A DNA stretch of 64,000 nucleotides from Octopus vulgaris (taxonomy: Eukaryota). The stretch spans positions 33,170,001 through 33,234,000 of the forward strand of contig OX597826.1 of NCBI GenBank assembly GCA_951406725.2, read 5' to 3'. Under the pieces are notes generated by a model that saw nothing but the letters and a program-made list of their open reading frames with translations, was not told the DNA's origin and ran no database searches. Positions within the stretch are counted from its first letter, which is position 1, and each line of letters starts with the position of its first letter. The position numbers were made by a program, and so were the translations under genes. Below, in pieces: positions 13,961 through 27,460 of this stretch.

Positions 13961-14005
13961 TGAGTCTGATGATGGCGTAACTGGCTGAAACTTCACAGTC
14001 ACAGT
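13961..14005 (+). ncRNA. Probable type I hammerhead ribozyme (weak stem I) at the 5' end of a dispersed repeat (13960-14340)
   Basis: gt-CTGATGA-t-ggc gtaactg gct-GAAA-ct tcac ag-TC-ac. The full core and a GUC cleavage triplet are present. Confidence 0.55.
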
Positions 14006-14339
14006 CATTAATATTCTTGTTTAAGAATAAGTTGTATGTTATTTGTATTTGTGTACGATTTCTTTGTTTTTTCCATCCTTGTTTTTGTATACATTCACTG
14101 CTATTTTCAAAAGGATCTAGTGCTCTTAGCTTAGTTTTTCCTTGGAGCTGGCCAGATTGGGACAATTTCGAGTATAACCAGCCAAAATTGCAAAGATAAT
14201 CTGGAACTCGACTGAGGAAAGAAAACTCCAAATGACCCGTCCTTGTTTTCTTTGTATCATCTATCTGGATGTTCTCTTGTCCCTTTTTTGTATCACCTAA
14301 CTGCCTGGATGTTTTGCGTTTTTGTCTCATTTCTGTATT

Positions 14340-14340
<1 letters not shown>
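14000..14340 (+). mobile_element. Dispersed repeat, homologous to 18480-18770
   Basis: Shared blocks: tgctc.tagcttagtttttccttgg.gctggccagat, aaattgc.a.gat.atctgg, gactga.ga, aatgacc.gtcc and atgttttgcgtt.ttgtc. Confidence 0.75.
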
Positions 14341-14435
<95 letters not shown>

Positions 14436-14899
14436 CACCATCATCATCATTTAACGTCTGCTTTCCATGCTAGCATGGGTTGGACGGTTTGACTGAGGAC
14501 TGGTGAAGCAGATGGCTGTACCAGGCTCCAATCTTGATCTGGCAGAGTTTCTACAGCTGGATGCCCTTCCTAACGGTCACGCTCAAATGGTGTTTTTTAC
14601 ATGCCACCTGCACAGGAGGCAATCCAGTGGCATTGGCAACGACCTCGCTTGAATGTTTTTTTCACGTGCCAGTAAGGCGATGCAGTAACGATCATGCTTG
14701 AATGGTGCTTTTTACGTGCCACTGGCATATACACATGTATATATATAAATATATATATATGAATAAAAGAATAACACTGTCAAATAAAGGAATAAGTCAA
14801 GAGAGGAGTTTTCACATTTGTGTGCTACTCTGGTGTGTATGTATGCACGTATATATGTGTGTGCGTTTATTTATATTTATGTGCATTTATGTATGTATG

Positions 14900-14950
<51 letters not shown>

Positions 14951-14991
14951 TTATGTCTATATTTGTGTGTGTGTGTATATATATGTATGTA

Positions 14992-15164
<173 letters not shown>

Positions 15165-15186
15165 GTGTATATATGTATATGTATGC

Positions 15187-15234
<48 letters not shown>

Positions 15235-15554
15235 ATAGAGATGCAAGTATTGAGAAAGAGATAGGTTGAGTGAATATGTAGATAGAGAATAATGGGAGAG
15301 AAAGATGGCATGAGAAGATAGAGGAGGAGTTTGATAGCAAAACCGTGAAGATAAGCAAATGAGATTATTGTGATGAATTTATTTTCACCATCATTTTAGA
15401 AGAAAGTCTGTGATATATTATGGTATTGAAGAATTTGGTGCCAGAGTGACATTCCATCAGCATCTAAATATATGGAAATGCAATGTGTGTTAGTGATGTG
15501 TGAGTCAGTTGCTGTTTCACTTGCATTATCACTTTGTTAAATAAACATATATAA

Positions 15555-15900
15555 AAAAAGGGGTAAAGACCCCCTTTGGTTATGAAGGACCTTGGGTCTG
15601 CACTTTGGAAGTCCCCCTCTAAAGGACAAGTCCAAAGAAGGCTGCTTTATTGGAGACCAGCAGTTACCCATGCATACAAGTCTTCCCTCATCCATGCCAC
15701 TGATGTTATCCCAGAGAAAGGCAAAGGGGCCGATACAGCATGGCACCAGGTATACTGCAACTTATTTCTAGAGCTGAAAGAACTGGGGTAACGGGAAACG
15801 AAGTGTCTTGCTCAAGAACACAACAGACAGGCTGGTGCAGGAAATGAACTCACTACCTCATGATTGTGAGCCCGACGCTCTCACCACTGAGCCATGCACC
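15555..15900 (-). mobile_element. SINE family D (tRNA-like head, CORE-like cttgagcaagacac motif)
   Basis: The reverse complement reads gtgcatggctcagtggtgagagcgtcgggctcacaatcatgaggtagtgagttc...cttgagcaagacacttcgtttc. Related heads at 22710-22830 and 42735-42860. Confidence 0.7.
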
Positions 15901-16187
15901 ATCGCGAAATAAACCTACAAGTGACTGAGTATTCCAAGGTATGTGTTCCTTTAAGAGATTGTTATGTTGATTCAGCATGATGGAGTATGTGGCAAGACTC
16001 AGTGTGTTCGGTTTTTTCAAGTAAAATTCTGGCCATTTGAAAAGATTCCTCATAGTTTCCCTAGCTGACTAATTCCATTTGCTTCATCGTCATCAACTTC
16101 CTCCATCTCTTCATCATCATAACTAGCACCATCATCATCATCAACGTAATCGTTATTCTCCGCATCGTCATTGTCATCATCGTCAAT

Positions 16188-16218
<31 letters not shown>

Positions 16219-16405
16219 CCATCATCATCTTCACCATCACCATCATCATCATCATCATCATTATCATTATCATCATCATCATCAACATCATCATCACTAT
16301 CACCATCATCATCTTCAACATCACCATCATCATCATCATCATTATCATTATCATCATCATCATCAACATCACCATCACTATCACCATCATCATCTTCAAC
16401 ATCAC

Positions 16406-16443
<38 letters not shown>

Positions 16444-16513
16444 ACAACAACATTGTTTTAATCCTGCATTTTTCCTAGAAATTACAAATATTTATTTCTA
16501 ATTTGTAAATATG

Positions 16514-16549
<36 letters not shown>

Positions 16550-16812
16550 GTATTTGCAGGCATGCTGATCAATGTTCTCATTTGGATTAATTAATCCTCT
16601 TATATCTTGTATGCATGGATATGTGTGTGTGTATGTGTGTGTGTGTGTGTGTGTGTACAAATACACATTTATATAGATATATAGATTTTGTATATACACA
16701 TATCTGTGTATATATATATATACACACACATGTATATACAAATGTATATCTATTTATGTTTATACATGTCTGTCTCTCTTTCTCTCTCTCTCTCTCTCTC
16801 TCACTCAATATG

Positions 16813-16905
<93 letters not shown>

Positions 16906-17463
16906 ATATGTATATATATATACACACACACACACACAAGCACGCATTTATATTTGCATATTTACGCATATGCATCTATATATTCACATATGTATATATA
17001 TACACACATGACACAAACACACACACATTGATGTATATGTATGAATTAATAAATAAGTACGTTTACATCTTTTGGATAATAATGTATCCATTTAAGCAAT
17101 TTCGAATATAAACCCTTTTGAGATTGCAGATGTGCGGCTGTTGCTGCTACTGGTGCTACTGGTGCTGCAGTTGGGGGGGGGGGGTCGGTGGTGAGGATGT
17201 TGAATTAATTGAAGCCTCATTTCTGGTCATGTTTGATTGATATCTCTGAGCAAGAAATGTAAATGTGCAAACTGCTATCAGCTCACACCCACTCCCTTTG
17301 CTCCCCATCCTCTTCCTTCACCTCCCCTCCCTACCCCATGCACTTCTACCCCCCTCCCCTCAAAAGCGCACCGTCGAGCGATTATCCAAATAAACTGTGG
17401 CTATAAAAGATAGAAGATTCATTTGCTAATATCTAAATTTCTATACTCTGTCTTGTAGCACAG

Positions 17464-17497
<34 letters not shown>

Positions 17498-18430
17498 AAT
17501 GATGAAGGCAATGGTGATGATGTTTGTGGTAGGGGTGGTGGTGATGATGGTGATGGTAGTCATAGCGATGATGATGATGACAGCGATGATGACGACGATG
17601 ATGGTGTTGGAAGTGATGGTTGTATTGGTGCAGTGATGATGATGATTATAACAATGATGATGTTGACAATGACAGTGATGATGAAAACGATGGCCACGAT
17701 GACAATATTTATGAATATGATGATTATAATGGTTATGACAATGACGAGGATGACAACAACTATGACGACGACGTCATAGGATTGCGGTTTCAATTCCCAG
17801 ACCGGGTGTTGTGAGTGTTTATTGAGGGAAGAAACGCTTAAAGCTCCACGAGGGTCTGGCAGGGGCTGGTGGTGACCCCTGCTGTACTCTTCCACCACAA
17901 CTTTCTTGCATTCTTCTTTCCTGTTTCTGTTGTACCTGTATTTCAAAGAGCCAGCCTTGTCACAGTCTGTGTCACTCTGAATCTCCCTGAGAATTATGTT
18001 AAGGGTACATGTGTCTGTAGAGTGCTCAGCCACTTGCACGTTAATAAATGAGTTGCAACGTCACTGGTGCCAAGTTGTATCAATTTTCTTACTTTGTACT
18101 TCACTGTCCTGGCTTTCTCTTCTCACCTCCTTGATTCTTCGGTTTCCTCTCTCCCCCCTCTCTCACATTTCTTTGCTTTTCTTAATTTGCACTTCACTGT
18201 CCGTGTCTTTCTTTTTTCTTGCCAATCCTTGGCACGCTCTCTTTCTTCTCCACCTCCTTAATTCCTTGTTCCTTCTTTTCTCTCTCTTCTCCCCCTCTTT
18301 AATTACTTTGCCCCTCTTTTTCTCTCTCTTCTCTTCTCATGTGACGGCTGGCCAACCATAGCCCTTTCACTTCGGACCAGCGCCACGATAACACCGCTTC
18401 CTTCGTCCGCCGTAAGGCATTATTTTTCAT

Positions 18431-18474
18431 ACACGCCAGCTGAGTTCAATTTGTCTAAGTCGAAAGACGCTTGT
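18431..18474 (+). ncRNA. Unclassified structured motif: P1-CAGCUGAG-hairpin-AGAC-P1'
   Basis: acacgc-cagctgag-ttcaattt gtct aagtcgaa-agac-gcttgt. The same frame recurs at 40810-40867(-) with a different hairpin. Confidence 0.35.
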
Positions 18475-18795
18475 TGTTATGTCCTTTTATTATTATTATT
18501 ATTGTTTTTTCGTATTTATATTCGTGTAACATCGTCTGTTTTTCTGTCCTTTTTTCTTATATATTCGATCCTTTTTCCAAGAAATCTAATGCTCGTAGCT
18601 TAGTTTTTCCTTGGGGCTGGCCAGATCGGAGAAATCTCAAGATTAATCACCCGAAATTGCGAGGATGATCTGGTTCTTGACTGAAGATTAGAGGCTTCGA
18701 ATGACCTGTCCGTTTTTGTATCGTCTATTTGAATGTTTTGCGTTCTTGTCCCATTGAGTATTTTTATATATATTTTTTATACATTTATTGAAATA

Positions 18796-18836
<41 letters not shown>

Positions 18837-19501
18837 TACATATAAATTATAGAAATATATATTTATTTATGTACATATGTATATGTATACACACATACAC
18901 ACATATATATATGTGTGTTTGTGTGTATGTGTGTGTGTGTGTGTGTGTACATTTCATGTATGTGTGACTGCAGTGCAACATGAGAAGTTTATACAGAATA
19001 AAATAAGAACACCTTTAAAAATATTTGGCAGATATTTACATTATTCTCCCGAAAGAAATAATCAAGTAAGTCGTTAATTAAAGAAAGCAAGGAAAATTTA
19101 AATAAAACACATATAAAGAAGCAAACGAAACTCAATACTTACCTAAGCAACACTCATAGTTCTGATATATTCTAACAAGACAGCAGCTACAGCAACAACA
19201 AATACAACAACAACAACAACAGCAGCAGCAGCAGCAACACCACCGCCAGCAATAGCAGAAACAACAACAACAAATTACTTGAAATTTGATTAGCAGAAAT
19301 TTTCAGTTAATACAAAATATTTGCCAGGTAACCTATCTTTAATTTTGCCCCAACCGACACCATATAAATAAAACATAAAAATAAATAAGTTAGAAATATA
19401 TAACATATATATATACACACACACACATATATATACATATATATATAAATATATAAAGATACATATACATACATACATATATATAAATATATAAAGATAT
19501 A

Positions 19502-19534
<33 letters not shown>

Positions 19535-19643
19535 ATGTATGTATGTATATATATATTTATATATATACTTATATATCAGACATAAAAATGAATAATGTAA
19601 AAATACATGCAAAAATATATTCTAAATAAGACAAAATATTCAA

Positions 19644-19686
<43 letters not shown>

Positions 19687-20411
19687 CATAGAAATAAATT
19701 TAAAATATTTATAAATAAAATATCATAAATAACATGGAAATAAATTAAGAATATATTTATATATAAATAACATAAAAATAAATAATTTAGAAATATATAA
19801 AATATATATATATATAAATAACACATAAAATGAAGAATTTAGAAAGGTATAAAGAAAAAATATATAATTAAGACATAAAAACAAATATATAAACATGAAA
19901 TAAAAACATAAAACTAAGATAAATAATTTTTGGTAATATAATAAGTTTTTGGCAGCTTCTGATGAAGAAATATGTGAAAGGGAATTACGGATGAAATGAC
20001 AAACAAAATGTAAAATAATAAGAAATATTGCATAATTGAGAATTACTGGTCTATTTAAGAGATATATTTTACATATTAACATTGAAATGATGAGCAAACT
20101 TTTCTTTTGAAAGAGGATGCTCTTTTTTGCGGTTAATGATGACATTTTGGAAAAGAAGAATTATTGCAATAATGAAAAATAAGACATTAGAAGAAAGTTT
20201 GGAGTTTGTACTGCAGTCAAAACACATGCATGCACATATATATATGCACATATATGTACATGCAAGTGGAAATAATGATAAGAATGATGACGATGATGAT
20301 CATGATGATGAACATAATAATAATAACAATAATAATAAAAGAAATATGCAATTATTTTAGTCTGGAAATATAAGTATAGGAAGAAAAGTATGGAATATAA
20401 CTGAGATTTGA

Positions 20412-20477
<66 letters not shown>

Positions 20478-20517
20478 CATAATCATAATAATGATAATAA
20501 CGATAATAATAATGATG

Positions 20518-20549
<32 letters not shown>

Positions 20550-20564
20550 AATGATAATAATAAT

Positions 20565-20660
20565 GTGTCTCTGCTGTGCCACATCTGCAAGACAGTGGAT
20601 GAAACCATTGCCCATATTATGAATGAATGCCCTAGACTTGGCCAAAACCACTACAAGTTA
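20565..20660 (+). pseudogene. CCHC zinc-knuckle fragment of an R4/Dong-like element, abutting a (TAA)n tract
   Basis: CHICKTVDETIAHIMNECPRLGQNHYK = C-x2-C-x8-H-x4-C, the knuckle that precedes the RLE in R2/R4-type elements. Confidence 0.7.
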
Positions 20661-20679
20661 GGTATTCCCAAAGGAATAA

Positions 20680-20985
20680 CAAAGATGTATATCAGAATGA
20701 TGGACAACTTATTGAAGAAAAGGTATACACAACATCTGGTGTCATTCAGAGCAAATTAAAAAAATACATGCAACATCTCTGTTAAATATGATATTGACAT
20801 TGAAAGAAGGTAGAATAAGCAACTCCCAGGTATAATGGAAAATTATTGCTAAAGCCAAAAAGTACAAAAGACAGGACACCAAATGTGAACTTTGTATTGC
20901 TGAAAAATTAAACTTTATATAATCAACAGATAACATTCTAAACATCAGGGATAAAAACCTCTCCCTGTATACACAAGCAATATTT
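20680..20985 (+). pseudogene. Penelope-like element GIY-YIG endonuclease relic
   Basis: YIRMMDNLLKKRYTQHLVSFR, then a frameshift to ATSLLNMILTLKE..*WKIIAKAKKYKRQDTKCELCIAEK..ILNIR. This matches the PLE pattern YIGxT..FKxRYxxH..SF / WxI..KA..Y....CxLCxxEK / LNxR. Confidence 0.75.
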
Positions 20986-22709
20986 TGTACTCAGCTATTT
21001 CAAAGAAGAGCCATGATCTGCAATGGTAACCCCACCAGGATAGCCTCTTTCCTAAACACTAACATACATAGCACCCAAACTCCACACACAGAAGAAATAT
21101 GCCCCAAGGACAAACTACCTCAGCATACAAGCATAAGAACACTGTGCCCAGAACATAAACAAAGTAATTCAATCAAATTGATCATACAACAATTTGCCCA
21201 AGTGACAAATCCAAGGGAGACAAGCACCCAAAAGATGCCTCCCAAGCGCAACCTCCCTTCATTCATTGATTCATTGCTTTGTTCACTTGAAATTATGAGA
21301 ATCCCCATGAGTAATATGAGGCTGTATTTTCTAAAATGGAGGCAAACACCTTTCTCCATGTGATCAGCTTGAAAAATAGTTAAGACAATTGGATATTTTC
21401 CTACTTTTCTTAACATGAAACTAATGGTAGCCTTAATTCACAAATAAAGAAATTACATTTACCAATGCGGTGTTGAGCACTCACTTTCATTGTTCGATAT
21501 TTACATATATGTTTGTGTGTGTATAAATAAGTGTGTGTGTGTATTTATGAGTCACATGTACACATCCATAGATGCATGCAAGAATGTTTGGTAGTTGAGT
21601 ATTGATGGTTTCATACAAGCAAAATATTAATATGTTCATCTAATCCTCAGTGAGTAAATACACTAACTGACACTCACACACGCAATTACACACACACACA
21701 CACAAACACACACATACACACACATACACACACATACACATACACAAATACACACAACAGATGCACAAACACACATATCCGTGTCAGCATATAAAGTGGA
21801 GATGAGCTGTTGATAATGATGATGATGATGATGATGACGATGATGATGATGAGGTTGATATATGTTGATACATATATATGTGCATGTATACATATGTATT
21901 CATGTATAAATAGTATATATATATATGTAGATGTATATATATATACATCTATATATACACTTACATATAAACATGTATTAACTATGTGTATATATATATA
22001 TAATTATATACACTTACATATATGCATGTATTAACTATTATACATACATACATACATACATATATGTATTATCTATGTGTATGCATATATATATATATAT
22101 ACACATATATACATATATACATATATATTTATATATCCATGTGTGCACACACAACTGAGTGTGTGTATATGTGTGTGTGTGTGTGAAAAACCAAGAAAGT
22201 GCAAGAACAAGAGTGATCTAGACAGACAGCAGAGAATCCATCGTTAATGTTACACATCTCGTTATATCGTTATTGAATCACACAAGAGCGTAACATATTT
22301 CAGAGAGCAACTCTTGTCTGTACAAAGGAAGGAAGGAGTGAGACAAAGAAAAACAGAAAGAAATACAAAAAAAAAACCCAGCAATGCCGGAGGAGGTAGC
22401 ATGTGAATTGGGCTCAGAGATAGATTGATTCCGTTAAAACTAAACATTGACTGAGCTAGCACGAGAGATTGGATTAATGTCAGGAGGATAATGCAAATAA
22501 GAATAATAGATTGAAGGAAGGGAAGAAGAAGAAGAACAGCAAGTTTAATACTTTCTGGAATACAAGAATATTTGGGATGGTGCTCAACATCGGTTTGCAT
22601 CAAATGAAACAGTTGGGAAATATTGTTACTCCTGGATATATTGTGGAGTAATTTCTGCTCCCTGGTACATAGCTGTGCCTCCTTCAATATCTGATTCTTT
22701 TTTGTGAAG

Positions 22710-22985
22710 GCTCATGGCTTAGTGGTTAGGAGTGTTCGGCTCAGGATCGTAAGGTTGTGAGTTCGATTCCTGTTGGCGCCTTGTATCCTTGAGCAAGACA
22801 CCTTATTTCACGTTGCTCCAGTCCACTTTGTCAGCAAAAGTGAGCTGTACCTGTAATTCAAAGGGGTCAGCCTTGTCCCATTCTGTGTCATACTGAATCT
22901 CCCTGAGAACAATATCAAGGGTATGAAGGTCTGTGGAGTACTCAGCCACTTACACGGTTAATTTCACAAGCAGACTGTTCTGATA
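22710..22985 (+). mobile_element. SINE family D, near full length
   Basis: tggcttagtggttagg (A box), gagttcgattcc (B box), ccttgagcaagacacc, then a 3' body shared with 1-140 and 17930-18045. Confidence 0.8.
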
Positions 22986-23364
22986 GAGTGCTAGTCATTG
23001 AGTTATGCTGCTGCTACTTCTACTCTGTAGCATCTGAGACATTGCAGACCTGCCATTCTGGAGCCACAGGTTGTGATGCTGAATTATTTGGCAGCAGGCA
23101 TTTTTAATGTTACTTTCACTTTCTCTCATCACTCTCCCTCATTCTCTCTCACTCTCTCTCTCATTTTGTCTCTCACTCTGTCTCTCACTCTGTCTCTCAC
23201 TCTCTCTCACTCTTACTCCCATTCTTTCTCCCTCTCCCTCTCTCTCACTCTCCTTCTCTCCCTCTCTTTTCTCTCTTTATGAGTATAAGAAAAGGGCAAA
23301 TGTTTTTGTCAGTTCAGTTAATAAATTCTATTCAAATGGGAATTAGAATCCAGCTAGAAGAATA

Positions 23365-24546
23365 TAAACAAAATCGAACACACACACACACACACAAGAT
23401 GTGTGTGTGTGTGTGTGGTTAGTTGGTGGCAGCAGATGTGCTTTTTTAGGCATAAAAGACTATATTTCCAAATGCCCCTGGTGTGAAACATCTGAAAGTA
23501 AGTCATTGACACAAAAGACGTCAACGAAAAGAAACAGTGACACAAACCAAAGGGAAAGAAGTGGTGCCAAGATTAGAACACGGCAAACAGTAAAGAAAGA
23601 GGAGAAAATACAATTGGAATTTTGTGACATATCCCACAGATGTAAATACAGAGAAAATAATAACCAAACTGAAATCAGTTACAAGGGTGAAGTTACCCAA
23701 GGAGATGTATGGAGAAAATGTGAAAGCAATTTCGATTGAAAAGGGAAAGTATAGCAGGCTGAAAGAAAAATGTTGGACCACCATGATTTGTGGTCGAGTT
23801 CAATGAACTACTGCTAGTAGTTGATCTAAGCAAAATAGAGCCATATATAAGGTATTAAAAAAAAGGGAGTAAATTGGGGTTTAAAAAAAGGGAGGAAGAA
23901 AAGGAAAAAAAGAGTAAAACAAAAAGATGCTAAGAGAAAAAAAACCGATAAAGATTATAAAATGGACAGTAAAAACGTTCAAATGGCACTGCATGTGAGC
24001 GGGGTGCATGCAGCCATTTCATCACCATTGATTTCATTATACATTTTACAATTTTTCATTCGTTTTATGTTTTTGTCCCCACTGTGATATTCTGTCTGTC
24101 TTTGTGCTGTCCCCTCTGTGTTATGGCCGTAGTGCCAAATAAAAAGATCCCATAGACATGCAAGGCAACTCACATCAGCTCCCTTTTTTGGAGTGACAGA
24201 TATCGATGTTTCATCATTGTTTTGGATTATTTCTGTGGCATGAAACGTTGAGACATGCTAGAAGATGGTTCTTAAACAGTTTAACATTTAGTCATAGTGA
24301 GCAACACAGCTTGCAGCAGGCTGTTTTTGGTATGTGGCATTGATAAGTCAAAACAGTGATGAAACATTGATGTCTGTTGCTCTGAAGAAGGGACCTTATG
24401 TGAGTTGTCTCACTTGACTATGACTTACTTTCAGGTGTTTCACACCAGGGGGCTTTGAGAATATATTCTCTTATGCCTAAAGAAATGCAGATGCCCTATC
24501 AACTAACAGCTCACACACCTTGTGTTTGTGTGTTCAATTTTGTTTA
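23365..24546. mobile_element. ~1.18 kb segment bounded by ~130-145 bp degenerate terminal inverted repeats (MITE or foldback-like)
   Basis: taaacaaaatcgaac...ttaggcataa...cccctggtgtgaaacatctgaaagtaagtcat (23365-23506) is the reverse complement of atgacttactttcaggtgtttcacaccagggg...ttatgcctaa...gttcaattttgttta (24420-24546). Confidence 0.6.
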
Positions 24547-27460
24547 ATAAATTGCCAGTGCCACCTGACTTGCCAGTGCTGCTTGACTGGCTCCTGTGCT
24601 GGTGGCACATAAAAAGCTCCATTCAAGCATGGTCGATCCCAGTACAGCCTGACTGGCCCTCATGCTGGTAGCATGTAAAAAGCACCCACTACACTCTTGG
24701 AGTGTTTGGCATTAGGAAGGGCATTCAGTTTAGAAACTCTGCCAGATCAGATTGGTGCTTGGTACAGTCTTCTGGCTGACCAGTCCTCAGTCAGACCGTC
24801 CAACCCATGCCAGCATGGAAAGCGGACGTTAAACGACAACGACGACAATGATGATGATGATGATGAAATTGTAATAATTTCTCTACCTCTCTCTCTCTCA
24901 TTCTGTCTATGTGTATATATCTGCACACACGTATATGTGCGTGTGTGTGAGAGAGTATGTTTGTACGTGTGTGTGTGCTTGCCTCACGTGCCAAAAAGTA
25001 CTGTCAAGCAAAACAAGCTGTGTGTCCAATGTTGTCTGCCTCCAAATAACTTCACCAAATCCTCTCATTTCCTGCTTTGTTGCATTTACATTTTCTGATC
25101 AGCTTATCTTGTACCATTTCCTATCAACTACATCAGACTCACTCAACTTTCTTTCTGGCCTCCCATTTTATTTCTACCTGCTTTAGGACCCATAGCAATC
25201 ATAATGGTCTGTCCTTGTGCTATTTCCTTACACCTCCAATATCATAGGACGGCTGATATTGGCAACGATAGATAAAGAATACACTGTCACAATGTAATAA
25301 CAATACAAAATAGAAACGGCAGCAGGAACAAACATGTAACAAACCAATGATCAATACTTCCAACATATTAACTCGAACTGTAAACTGTACCTGGACTTCG
25401 AAGACCAAACTACGAACTGCCAACGTCAGACCACTACTGTTCATATGTGTTGGTCCTGTCTATTCTCATCAGACAGAGTCGTACTTTTGCCACAACACCT
25501 TCCAAACAAGAAGACCAGAATACCTTCCGGAGTGCTCTATCTGCATACCCTTTCATTCTATCACTGCCACTCCCCTGGTAGTTCAAGAGGAGCATTAACC
25601 ATACGGGTATCATCATTCTTGGAGGGTGTGTAGAAGCCATCGACAAGACTTTTTCTCTTTGATAAAATAAATTAAAGAAAGAAAGAAACAATCACAAAAA
25701 AGACATATAGCTTTTTGAAGTGAGAACCAAATTGTTCAGTGAATATCATAAGCACTTTTTAAAGAGACCTTATGGCACAGGAAGTACTGAAATCAATTTG
25801 TGTGTATATATGGTACATACACACACACACAAAATGGGTTTATTTCAGTCTTGGTCCACTCACAAAGCTTTGGCCAACTTGAAAACACTTGCCTAAAATG
25901 GTACATAGTGGGACTGAACCAGGAAAATTATGGCTGGGAAGCAAGATTCATAACCACACACCATGCCTGCACTTAGTATAGATTCTAATTAAAATGGAAG
26001 AGTTAATGCAATACATAAAAGAGATCTAATGTGCTTTTTTTATTCCTAAACCATCAACTTAGAAAATGTGGGTTCAAGAATAAAGAGAAAACTTTGACTG
26101 TATATTATATCTTAAGAGCCAACATCCCTATTTAATTGAAAGCATAGAGCCAAGCTCATTATCTTTATGGTATCATTTGCTACTTTGGCAAGGATGAATT
26201 ACAAAGGATTTCAGATTCTGAATCAGGCTGGCCTCAAGCAATTGGGTTTAGCAACGGATCCAATCACGCAAAACAGAAAAAGAAATGCTATGATTTATCT
26301 GATCCCACGCACACATAAAAACTCTCTCCATTTCAAATTATCTTTCATTGATATCACAAATTTTCTTTTCATTCGTTTGTTTATTTAATTTTTTTAATGT
26401 TTTTTTTTTATTCTTTTTATCCGCTTGCTATCTTTCTATCTCATTTATGCAATCAACCCATCTGCGTATTAAAAAAACGTAACCCTTTAACAAATTATAG
26501 GGTACTGCAGAACCAGTGTTAAACTCCAATTTCCCCAGTGTAAAGAGAATGAGGAATATTACTACCCTGTATGATAGAAAACTAGCTTAACAGAAATTTA
26601 CTTAATCCATGTTGGTAAACACCAAGGTGGACTGTGGCAATGTAAGAAATATAATTTATTTCTGAATTCCGTGAGATATCTGCAATGGATTTGAAATCCC
26701 AGTATAAAAATGCACTGGTTCATTATCTCAACATCTCAAGATATCAATTAAAGAATTATGGCATGAAAGAAACCATTGATAAACTAATAAGATTACCATT
26801 TATATGAACTGAACCAATCAGCTGTAACATGCACGAAAATATAAATAATAAGTGTGGCTTTTCAATCAAATATCAGAGGGTTCAGTCCCACAGAATGGTA
26901 TTGTCAGTGCATCTTCTACTATGGCACAAATCTGACCAAAGATTGAGATAGGATTTGGTAGACAGATTGAAAAACAAGCTCACCATGTGTGTAATGTGTA
27001 AACAGACACATTTCTTTTCTCTCCATTTTTCCTCTCTCCATTTTTTTTCTCTCCTCTTTCCTTTCTATAGATGAGCATATGCTCAAAATATCAAAGATTC
27101 CTTTCATTTATCCTGTGCATCCACCTGATACACTTTGTTTACTGTTCCCTCACCTGTCTCTGTCACTGTTAAATATATATATACATATATATACATATAT
27201 ACACATATATATATATATCATCATCATCATCATCATCGTTTAACGTCCGTTTTCCGCGCTAGCACGGGTTGGACGGTTTCGACCGGGGTCTGGGGAGCTC
27301 GGGACTGCCCCAGGCTCCAGTCTAGTCTGGCAGTGTTTCTACAGCTGGATGCCCTTCCTAACGCCAACCACTCCGCGAGTGTAGTGGGTGTTTTTTACGT
27401 GCCACCTGCACAGGTGCCAGAGGGGTCTGGCATCGGCCACGTTCGGATGGTGCTTTTTAT

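Noticed and set aside
19350-19930. Degenerate A-rich repeats (cataaaaataaataa..agaaatata)
   Set aside because: A low-complexity minisatellite with no further structure that I can support.
22710-22790. tRNA gene
   Set aside because: A/B boxes are present but continue into a multicopy SINE body with no proper acceptor stem. The same applies to the other SINE heads.
25225-25640. Possible solo LTR or HHR element (minus-strand CTGATGA at ~25465; weak inverted ends acacctccaa/ttggagggtgt)
   Set aside because: GAAA is absent, the termini are not TG..CA, and there is a single copy in the window, so it cannot be classified.
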